DNA of 64,000 nt, from positions 288,001 through 352,000 of the forward strand of contig CAVVMW010000005.1 in the NCBI GenBank assembly GCA_963749495.1, read 5' to 3'. Positions 40,586-48,839 of this stretch are shown piece after piece (within the stretch, counting starts at the first letter, position 1; the number at the start of each line of letters is the position of its first letter). Under the pieces are notes generated by a model. That model was not told the origin of the DNA and ran no database searches. It saw only the letters and a program-made list of their open reading frames with translations. The stretch is from an uncultured bacterium. GTDB taxonomy: Bacteria > Verrucomicrobiota > Verrucomicrobiia > Limisphaerales > UBA8199. Position numbers and translations under genes: made by a program.

Positions 40586-40692
40586 TGGCTGCCAGGGTTG
40601 GACTCGCACCCGCCGTCGCTCGGAGCTATGGCGGGGCAGGCCAACACCTAACGGCTTAACAGGCCGCCGTGCTGCTTTGACACAACCTGGCA
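40586..40692 (-). tRNA. tRNA-Asn(GTT) with 32-nt insertion in the T arm
   Basis: GCGGC-CTGTTAA-GCCGT; insert 40609-40640; G73-CCA. Confidence 0.8.
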
Positions 40693-40694
40693 AT

Positions 40695-40750
40695 TGGCGC
40701 TGCCGGCAGGAGTTGCACCCGCATGAGTTCGTTTAGAAGACGAATGCCCC
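40695..40750 (-). pseudogene. tRNA-Arg(TCT), 5' end replaced by a heptamer hairpin
   Basis: TTCGT-CTTCTAA-ACGAA, T arm, CCA. Confidence 0.7.
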
Positions 40751-40859
40751 TTCCAAGTGCAGAGTGAAGAGTGCAGAGTGCGGAATGCCGCGGTCGGGAG
40801 CGAGTGGCTCCAGCCTCTGGCCATTCTGCATTCCGCACTCCGCACTCCGCATTCAAGAA

Positions 40860-40948
40860 TGGTGGGAGGTGCTGGTAACGCTCCAGTCGTCGCTTCCGAC
40901 AGTTGTTTTTGACGCCGGTTTTACGGACCGGCAGTCGGAACACCTCCC
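40860..40948 (-). tRNA. tRNA-Tyr(GTA)-like, D-armless 8/4 fold
   Basis: GGGAGGTG/CACCTCCC, GCCGGT-CCGTAAA-ACCGGC, A73-CCA. Confidence 0.7.
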
Positions 40949-41065
40949 GAGATTGGCTTGCCGCGCCGTAGCTCGAAGCCGCGCGAATGCACGCGGGCGG
41001 TACGGCCCGCCTTCGCTTCGCTACGGCGCGGCAGCCTCGCTCTCAGACTGGCTTCGAGCGGAGGC

Positions 41066-41138
41066 TGGTAGCGGGGGTGGGAGTCGCGCCCACGAAGGCT
41101 GAGGTTATGGGCCTCGCCTGAATCTCATTCTCCCCGCA
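41066..41138 (-). tRNA. tRNA-Met(CAT), initiator-like, minimal D arm
   Basis: 1:72 mismatch, GCGGGG/CCCCGC, CCCATAA loop, CCA. Confidence 0.7.
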
Positions 41139-41149
41139 GTGAAATGGCG

Positions 41150-41167
41150 AACAAAGAACAAACACCT
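41150..41167. repeat. 18-bp inverted repeat, leader arm (boxA-like on the minus strand)
   Basis: AACAAAGAACAAACACCT; complementary to 34416-34433. Confidence 0.9.
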
Positions 41168-41448
41168 CTTGCTACCTTGCGGTACCAACCCACGGTTTCA
41201 CGGTGGTTCTTTCGGTGTTTGGGGGCACACCTCCTGCGAAGCCCATTTGAATGTAGAATGAAGAGTGTAGAGTGAAGAATGCCGCACGAGCGGCTCCGGC
41301 TCTTTCGACGGGGCGCCCATTCTGCGCTCTGCATTCTGCGCTCTGCATTCGATTATGGTGACATCATCAAGACGTCGGTTTCTTTTCGTTCACAGTGCTT
41401 TGCCTTTCGTTGTCGAGTTTTGCTTCTTTCAGTGCTGCACGGGTAAAC

Positions 41449-41481
41449 AAAAAACCCTGCTTCCATTCCGGTAAGCAGGGT
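41449..41481 (-). terminator. Intrinsic terminator in the tRNA-operon leader
   Basis: ACCCTGCTT-loop-AAGCAGGGT followed by TTTTTG. Confidence 0.85.
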
Positions 41482-41502
41482 GCAAAAAGTCTTTTGGTTC
41501 GG

Positions 41503-41673
41503 TTACCTGCTTACCTTCAATCTATCCAGATTGGCTTCGGGGTTTTGTCCACGATACGCCCTGGATAGGCCGAGGCTGAACCAATAGCCTCGGCTGGACC
41601 AGCTATGACGTGTCGCCTGCGCGACCGACGTCATCGGCCAAATCGAGACTAATATGTTCATGCAAGTTTTCAT
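41503..41673 (-). CDS. Putative leader peptide (56 aa, or 52 aa from the ATG at 41661)
   Basis: MKTCMNILVSIW...LDRLKVSR*; last codons overlap the antiterminator strand 41506-41515. Confidence 0.6.
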   Translation of the reverse strand: MKTCMNILVSIWPMTSVAQATRHSWSSRGYWFSLGLSRAYRGQNPEANLDRLKVSR

Positions 41674-41787
41674 CGAACTTGGTTCATACTTATCACATGT
41701 CCCTAATCTTGTCCACTTATATCTTTAGGGTATCCTATATCTTAAATTCAAATATCTGGATAGGTTGATACATCGCTCCCCTCCGGT

Positions 41788-43154
41788 TCACCGGAGTTTA
41801 AGCAATCGCACCTCAAGCGGCGCAAGGGTGAGCGGAGCGTCCACCGGCCTGCCGGTCAGGACATCCTGCACCGCCATTGGCCGGCCGTCGCGCATCAGGA
41901 CTGCCGTCACCGGCTCCTTTCGGTAGTTGCAGAGATTCACCACGGTCCCTTGGGCTGTTTCGGTGCTCCGCCATTCCACGCCCCAAGCGGGCTGCCGCTC
42001 GGCCTCGCGCAGCTCCAGCGTGGGACGCAGGTCCCATGCGGGAAGCTTCGCCAGGATTTGTTCGTGCAGCTTCCGGGACGAAGTGGAACCGTGCCGGAAC
42101 GGGAGCTTGTCGGTGGCTGAGAGCTCGGGCCGTCTTTCGTGCCCATACTCATCCCGGCCCAGCACGTCGTCGTCGCCGACCAGCACCACACGCCCCTTGA
42201 ACTGCCGCAGTCCCGCCAAGGCTGCACCAGCGAGATGGACAACGCCGGGCACAAAAACCAATGGCGCCTGCGGGACGGAACCTGTCTCTGGATGATGTTC
42301 ACACCGTAGTCCGGCCACTTCTCCATGTCCGAGACGACCTGGCTGAAGTGCCCATAGCCGGTGAAGAAAACCGGACGCTCCTGCGGGACGCCACCCGGCA
42401 GGCAGGCCGGAGCCACAAAAGAACTGCGCCTGATGACAGGGCGCTGGTCGCCGGTCCAACGTGGCACGGCAGGGAACTGCCGCTGCCCGGCCAGGGCCTC
42501 TTTGAGTTCGCCACCCAAGCGCGATGCCATTCGTTCCAGGTCGCCGACCTGCTCGAGGGAACGGCGGACTTCTCCGTGGCGGGCGTCTTCCTCCGCATAG
42601 CCGATGAAGTTCTCCAGCACGGTGGCCGTGACTGCGGGATACGAGGGGTCCTGTCCGCGCGATTTGACCGCCTGCAAGTCCGCTTTCAGCGCGGGCAGGC
42701 TCGCCTTCAGGGCGCCTAACCGCTGGAGCGCGTTGGCGGCGGAGAAGAACCCTACGGGCGCGCTGGCGGCAGTGCTTTCCTGGTTCGCCTCCTCCAGGCG
42801 CAGCGTCAGCGCGCATCGCGCATCGCTGGCGGCTGCGCTTTCCCCTTTGACCAGCACCCGCCACACGCCCGCGGCGAGGCTAATGGTCTGGCGGACCGGT
42901 TCCCAGGAGCCCCATCCCGCAGAAAAAGCCCCGGTCACCGCGCGCGGGTTGCTCAACGTGAAAGCGACGCTAAACGGCCCATCGCCCTGGACCACGGTTT
43001 GCGCCTCTTCGGCTTCCAGAAACACCTTGTGACCGGTCGCGCACGCAGCGTCAGTATTGCGCCGGTCCCATCGCCAACCGGCCGGGAGGCCGGCGGAAGC
43101 GACTCGCTCGAAGCCCGAATTGGGAAGCAGGTTAGGCCGGCACTCGTGCTTCAA
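41788..43154 (-). pseudogene. Fragments of a secreted glycoside-hydrolase-like protein
   Basis: NLLPNSGFE, PVFFTGYGHF, and C-terminal LTLAPLEVRLL in another frame. Confidence 0.5.
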
Positions 43155-43195
43155 TACTCGCTTGGCGCCGCCTCACCGGACAAAGCTCACTGAGT

Positions 43196-45640
43196 TCATC
43201 GGGCCTTCGGTTGCCTCGCGCTCTCCACGCCAATCGCGTTAGCCGAGCCGAGCGTGCGCAGTTCGATTTTCAGACTGGAACCGCTTTGCGGACGGCATCT
43301 GATCGCGACCTGCTGCGTGCCGACGCCGGCTTGCGCCGCCGCGACAGCCACCGGCACGCGGGAGAGTTCTTTCCAGGTTGGGTCATATATGCGGGCTTCT
43401 GCTCCTCCGGTGTATTTGAGGCTGCCGCCGGGCGGCACCGCGTACCCATCGATCCCGAGGAGCGGCTTGCCGTTGATTTCGATTGCCACTCCAGTTACCG
43501 GCTGTTTGCCCTCGCAGCGCACCATCCATTGCAATGGCTGGGCCGCGTGCGGGTTCTGAAAGGTCCATTGGGTTGCCTCGCCCCGAGCGGCGTCATGGGT
43601 GAAGCGCTCCGTGTGCGCCGCATACAAGGTCCAGCGCCCCTCGCTCACGGGTTCGAGGTGAAACTCAAGGGCGTTATCCCGCAGATCCGCTTTGACCTCC
43701 GGCGAGAAGGCAGGGGCCATCCGCGCCGTCTCCCACTGCTTCACGGCTTCGAGAATCGCCACCGTGGCGCCGAACCGCCCCGCGGCATCGGCGGAATTCG
43801 AGTCGGCGGCCAGTTGGGCTGAACTGGCCAGACTCGTAGCGAGGGCAAAGCCGGCGTCAAATCCGGCCGCGCGGGCCAGCAGCCACTCGGCGTCTTCGAT
43901 GCTGGTGTCGGAACGTAGCGCGAACCAGCCCAACATGTGGGGCATGAGGTTGCGCTCGAAATGCAACTGGTTCTTGAAGCGGTAGAGAGTCTGGCTCTCT
44001 CGAAAACCGGCGTACCACGGCTCACCCCAGTTCATGCGGGTATAGACGTGCCAGTTGAAGTGGCCCGGGTTGCTCGCGTCGTTGATCTCGCCGCGCAACT
44101 CCGGCAAGAGCGCGTCATACCAGGCCTGGGTGAAGAGCGTCCGCCCATATTGTCCCATGCCGGTGGACCAGTTGCCTTCCAAGCCGTCGAGCGAAATCTG
44201 GAGCGTGCCGGCGTGATTGCAGAGCTTGGCGATGTTCCGCGCGACTTCCTGCGTGAGGTCGGCATCGGTGAGGAAGACCTTGTACCCGTGATCCATCAGC
44301 TTGGCCACCGCCTCGCCCGCGGCGTGGGCCGAGGCGTGCGTGCCCCACGCGCCGCGCTGACAATCGAGCAAGCGCCACGGGGCGTTCGTAGAGACCGAGC
44401 CGTAGCGGATCAGTTCGTCGCCGATGACGACGGTATTCATGTCGGTCTGCTTGCGGAAATAATCCGGGGAGGAGACTGGAACCTCCTTCTGCGCGTCATC
44501 AACGTTCGTCGTCAACGCGCTCGCACCGATCCGAGCCAGACGAGGGTCCGGCCTGGGCGTGACGTAAGGATCGTTGGGCGTAATGAAGTTGGAGAGGGTG
44601 TGAAAGCCGATGCGCACGCCGGCCTTGCGGGCTTTTTCGACGCAGGCGCGCAAGCCGTCCCAGCCGTTTGGAAAGAGGTCCGGCTTGAGCTTGAAATGGC
44701 CCCAGGTCTCGAACGGTGAACTGTGGTAGAGATATTTCAAGCCCGCGCGGCGCGTCATCTCGATGGCGCGGTCCACTGTCTGCTCGCTGAAATCGACGAT
44801 GAGATAGGAACAGTTGGCATTGGTGGCCATCTTGGCCCAGGCGCCGTCGAGCATCGGATGGGGCAGCCCCTCGGCCACTTCGATGGCGCCGATGGTCTCC
44901 AGTGCTTGCGCCGCCGGGCAGGCGAAGAGCGCGATCCGGCTGCCGATGACGCCGCCATCGCTGTAGGCCGGCGCCAGGTATTGCTCATGGCCCCAGTTGG
45001 CGATAATCCGGCTGCGGCTGCGATCCCGGCAGTAGGCTTGCAAAACGCTGCCGAACTCTGTGCGCCGCGCCGTGTCGCCGCGAAAATACTGGCCTTTGTT
45101 CAGCTCGGCCGGGAGGTTCGTGTAGCGACCGGGATCATCTGCCCCGTAATCGGCCTCCACGTCATTCTCCCTTGCCGGGTAGCCGCCGAGGGTCTTGGCA
45201 TTGAGCGCCTGGATGCCGATGGCGAAATCGGCGTCGCGCACGACGCCGACCACCTCACCGATGATGTCGCCAATCGTCGTCGGGTACGGTCCCCAAAGGA
45301 CCAACTCGACCCGGTTCGTCGGCTGAATACCCAGCACCTCGAAAGTGATGTGGGTGCGTCTGGCTTCGGCCGCCAGGATTGCGCTTACACCGGCATTTGT
45401 GAATTGCAAGGTCAGCCGCCTGGTCTGAGGGGCCCAGGCCGCGCCATTCGGCGGGTAGAGCTTGCCGCCGACCCGCACACTCAGCAACGGCGCGGGCTGA
45501 TCGGATGCCAGATAGCTGCGGCCGTCCGTGTCGCGAGAAAGCGCGCAGAGGGTTCCGGCGCCATCAACGCAAAAGGTGGCGGCTCGTGTTCGCAGCGTTA
45601 CCATGGGAGGCTCGGCTCCCCCGAGCGCATTTCCAGACAT
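43196..45640 (-). CDS. Large secreted hypothetical protein (possible TIM-barrel glycosidase); start uncertain
   Basis: About 800 codons; FPNGWDGLRACV, GFHTLSNF, SLDGLEG, MNWGEPW. Confidence 0.7.
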   Translation of the reverse strand: MSGNALGGAEPPMVTLRTRAATFCVDGAGTLCALSRDTDGRSYLASDQPAPLLSVRVGGKLYPPNGAAWAPQTRRLTLQFTNAGVSAILAAEARRTHITFEVLGIQPTNRVELVLWGPYPTTIGDIIGEVVGVVRDADFAIGIQALNAKTLGGYPARENDVEADYGADDPGRYTNLPAELNKGQYFRGDTARRTEFGSVLQAYCRDRSRSRIIANWGHEQYLAPAYSDGGVIGSRIALFACPAAQALETIGAIEVAEGLPHPMLDGAWAKMATNANCSYLIVDFSEQTVDRAIEMTRRAGLKYLYHSSPFETWGHFKLKPDLFPNGWDGLRACVEKARKAGVRIGFHTLSNFITPNDPYVTPRPDPRLARIGASALTTNVDDAQKEVPVSSPDYFRKQTDMNTVVIGDELIRYGSVSTNAPWRLLDCQRGAWGTHASAHAAGEAVAKLMDHGYKVFLTDADLTQEVARNIAKLCNHAGTLQISLDGLEGNWSTGMGQYGRTLFTQAWYDALLPELRGEINDASNPGHFNWHVYTRMNWGEPWYAGFRESQTLYRFKNQLHFERNLMPHMLGWFALRSDTSIEDAEWLLARAAGFDAGFALATSLASSAQLAADSNSADAAGRFGATVAILEAVKQWETARMAPAFSPEVKADLRDNALEFHLEPVSEGRWTLYAAHTERFTHDAARGEATQWTFQNPHAAQPLQWMVRCEGKQPVTGVAIEINGKPLLGIDGYAVPPGGSLKYTGGAEARIYDPTWKELSRVPVAVAAAQAGVGTQQVAIRCRPQSGSSLKIELRTLGSANAIGVESARQPKAR

Positions 45641-45694
45641 CGCCACGCAGGCGCACGCCGCCGCGAGCGCGCGAAGGCACCGAAGATCGACTTG

Positions 45695-45858
45695 AACAGG
45701 AGACAACGAAGAAAACGAAGAAAACAATTTCCGAATGGAGGAACAGATGGCGGGTCGAAAGCCCCTCGTAGTCCGGCCGCGATTGCGAGAGCGCGCCCGT
45801 GGTGCCATCGAAGCGCTTTGACGCCAACTTCCTTCGTTTTCTTCGTTTCCTTCTGTTG
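45695..45858. repeat. 9-mer-repeat hairpin (AACGAAGAA)n...(TTCTTCGTT)n
   Basis: Inverted 9-nt periodic arms; similar element at 61541-61617. Confidence 0.65.
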
Positions 45859-46449
45859 AGATTCGAATGGTCGTGCTCATAGGTGCAGATCCGGCAACAG
45901 CGCGCTTTCCAGCCCACCCAACCTGACTTCGCGGCTTTGCGCACCGCAGCGAACGAGGAAAGTTGCGGGTTCCGAGCCCACATTCCACAGCAACGCGGCT
46001 CGTGCCGATGGATACCACGCCAGTACGGCGGGTTCGTCCCTTTCGTCGATCGGCCAGGGCCAATGCCCATAAAAGAAGCCCGCCAGCCACACACAAGATA
46101 CTCCTGCCCGGGCCACTAGCGCTGGAAAATCGGGGTCCTGCAGAACGGCCTGGGGGTTGAGGCACAAATGGTATTCGCGGGCTCTGGCCGCCCGCCCGGC
46201 CCAGGCGTGCCAGGGCCAGAAGGCGCCGGTCAGCGAGGCCAACGCTGTGAGTCCGAGGCAGCGGCGGCGCGTCATGCCACCCAATCCGGAGCGGTCCGTG
46301 GGCCGCCGTTGGAGGGTGGCGAGGATCCGTTCTTTGGGTTTCATGAGCACGGCTTACAACGATTAAATGCCGTCTTCACAATGGCAGTAACATCCTGGTG
46401 CATGGGCGCAGAGCCTAACGAGTCATTTCGGGACAGGCAAGCAGCCGGT

Positions 46450-48186
46450 TCACCATCTGGGCTTTTGGTTCCGAGCGAACCAATCGCATAAGAGCCTCTG
46501 CCGTTCCGTGGGCGAGGCGGCCGGCCGAGTGTCCTGCCGATCCGGGCCGTGCTCGACGCTCCAGCCGCTCCATTCCCGGAAGGCGTGATAGCTCCAGTCC
46601 CACCCATGGGCCTCAAAGATGTCAATCAGGTCGCCCAGATAACGGCAGGCGCTGTTGTCGGGCGCCCAGCGAATGGCGCTGAACTCGCCGATATAGAGGT
46701 GAACATGGTAGCGCTCCTGAAAGGCAATCGCCGGTCGAAGCGCCCGCTCAAGCTGGGCCTTGTCCCACTGTTTGCCCTCGATCAGGCCGGGATAGCGATA
46801 GGCTGGCCCAGAAGCGTACACTCCCTGGTGGGTGAAGGCGTGCGGCAGGTACATGTGGACGCTATAGACCACGTTCGAGACCGCGATGGGGACCAGCTCG
46901 TTCAGGCCCTCTGGGCTGCCCCATTGCGCGGGCTCGACGATGAGGGCCCGCTCGGGATCGATGGCGCGGATGGCGCGGGCAGCCCGTTCTGCCAGCGCCT
47001 GCCAGTCATCACAGAAGCGAATGAGATTGGCCTTCCAGTCCTGGCCGAGCACACGGAGGCTCTCGGGGTCGATGCCCGGGCTGACCATCGCGCCTCGCAG
47101 CCGAGGCAGAGAGTGGCCTTTGAAAACCGGACCTGCCACAGGTTCTGGCTGCACCACGAGCGGCGCCTTGGCCACGGTGAGTTTGAGGTCGTCAAACCAG
47201 ACCTTGCCGGTGACTTGCTCCAGGCCCAGCACGAGCATGAGGTTCGTGGCGTCGGCTGGGACGTAGGCCGCGAACGCGGCTCGCCGCCAGTCGAGGGTGC
47301 CCGTTTCCACGGTGGCTTGCGGATAGGATTTTCCGGCCGGGCTCTCGGCGATGAGCATGAACTTGATGCCGTTCCAGGGGTTCGGCTTGGGGCTGACCTG
47401 CTCCGCACGCACCATCACCGAGCCGCGAACCCGGCAGCCGCGCAGGGCTTCGGCCGGCAGGTGCCTGGAGAGGATAGCGCCGGACGCCTTGGCCTTGACC
47501 TCCAAAGCCACCGCTTGAGGACTGGCATAACCCGGTTCCAACACCGCCGCGCCGGACCACCCGCTGAGCGCGTTGGAACCTTCAAAATCGGCCTGATAAA
47601 CCACGTCACCCTTCCTCAACGTCTCCGAATCATCGACCGGTGGAATCAGCGGCAGGTCCAGCCAGGCCAGGCCAACGTCGCGACCCATGTGGCTCTTCAC
47701 TCCACCCGGCATTTTCGCCGAACCGTTCCCGTCGTAGAAAACCGCCAGGCGACTCCCGGCTTTCACGACCGAGGGGAGGCCGATGATGTGCTTTGACCAT
47801 TTGCAGTTCTTCCGGTCGAGCACCACCGCCTTGTGGTCGCGGTTCCAGCGGGTGAGGTCCCGGCTCCAATAAACCCAGATGGCGTCCGTGTACTCCAAAC
47901 TCCCGCCATGTTGCCACACCCAGACATCTCTTCCTCCCAGGGCATCGCAATTCCCCGGACCCCCACCATGGCGGAGCACGATGCCCTCGTCCTGGGCCTC
48001 CAGGCGCCACTTCGCTGCGGGTCGTCCATCCGGGTATATTGCCGCTTGGGCAGCTCGCTCCACGCGCGACCCGGCGCTCGCGGCATTCCCCAGGGTGAGA
48101 CTGGCCAGCAGCGCGCAAAGCCAGCCGGGGCGGATCATGGTCTTCGAGACGGCAAAGAATCGCCGCTTGAGCGGGAGCCTGTTCAT
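46450..48186 (-). pseudogene. Mosaic protein: propeller fragments, CBM-like domain and internally deleted GH5 domain
   Basis: VYSVHMYLP, YIGEFS, WSYHAF present; the GH5 NEP segment is missing. Confidence 0.6.
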
Positions 48187-48396
48187 AGGGAGTCTCGTCT
48201 AACCAGGAAAGGTCGGCGCTCGCCGCTTTCTGGTGGTTCGGGCCGTTGGCAGTTAGCTTCGTGGCCCAACCAGCCCCTCCAGGTTGGTCCTTCATCCATT
48301 CTTCCAGTTCGTTACGTGCATCGGCGTTGGGGAAGAGCACCCCCACCGCGTCGGTCGACTGGAGTGGAAGGATTGTTTCCTTGGGGTCCGAGTTGG

Positions 48397-48723
48397 TTAG
48401 CTTCCATAAACGCAAACAGCGGTGGCTAGAATGTCCTCCCGTGCGAAACGGTTGGGCGATCTTTCCAGGGACCCGCGGAGCACAAAGTCCACGCGAGCAC
48501 CGACCAACTCCTCCGCTTCCCCGGCCATTTCGAGCAGGTCCGAAGTCGGGCGGCGGTTGGACTCGTCCAGGGTGACCAACAGATCGACATCACTCTCGGC
48601 GGTGGCCAGGCCTTTTGCTGCCGACCCGAACACCTCCAAGCGGCGGACACGGTGCTTCTCGCAGAAGGGCCGGAGCACAGTCCGCAGTTCCGCGAGCGTG
48701 AGTGGGGCCTGACGTCGTTGCAT
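48397..48723 (-). CDS. Minimal nucleotidyltransferase (MNT antitoxin)
   Basis: VFGS...SDVDLLV...VDFV. Confidence 0.85.
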   Translation of the reverse strand: MQRRQAPLTLAELRTVLRPFCEKHRVRRLEVFGSAAKGLATAESDVDLLVTLDESNRRPTSDLLEMAGEAEELVGARVDFVLRGSLERSPNRFAREDILATAVCVYGS

Positions 48724-48839
48724 GCAGCCAAGCTACCAAGAGAATCCGTTGGCATCAAGCAGGCCGATGCCGTAGGTGCGCTCCACAGGGCAGCCAACTG
48801 AGAGGGGACGAGCAGGTAAGGGCTGCCGCCTATGGCTTG

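Larger units (their letters stand above)
34598..41068. repeat. Palindromic element family CCTGCC..GCCGTAGC..GCGAAGG.(T/G)GG, about 13 loci
   Basis: Copies at 34598-34630, 34895-34996, 35422-35455, 35860-35891, 36305-36418, 36777-36811, 36894-36927, 37020-37126, 40957-41068; opposite orientation at about 34558-34590, 35682-35714, 38884-38916, 40609-40640. Confidence 0.85.
34706..41351. repeat. Heptamer-repeat hairpins, (GA[AG]TGC[GA])n...([TC]GCA[TC]TC)n, about 13 copies
   Basis: Approx. 34706-34806, 35253-35340, 35523-35611, 36444-36533, 37299-37375, 37830-37929, 38170-38270, 38381-38472, 39025-39111, 39229-39313, 40484-40582, 40756-40855, 41247-41351. Confidence 0.85.

Noticed and set aside
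34700..41350. CRISPR array
   Set aside because: Repeats are degenerate 7-nt periodic inverted arms at irregular spacing between tRNAs; no identical direct repeats and no cas genes.
34040..41760. Prophage or integrative element carrying the tRNAs
   Set aside because: No integrase, transposase, structural genes or att-like direct repeats visible.
48186..48410. HEPN toxin downstream of the MNT gene
   Set aside because: No RxxxxH-bearing ORF of suitable length is readable.
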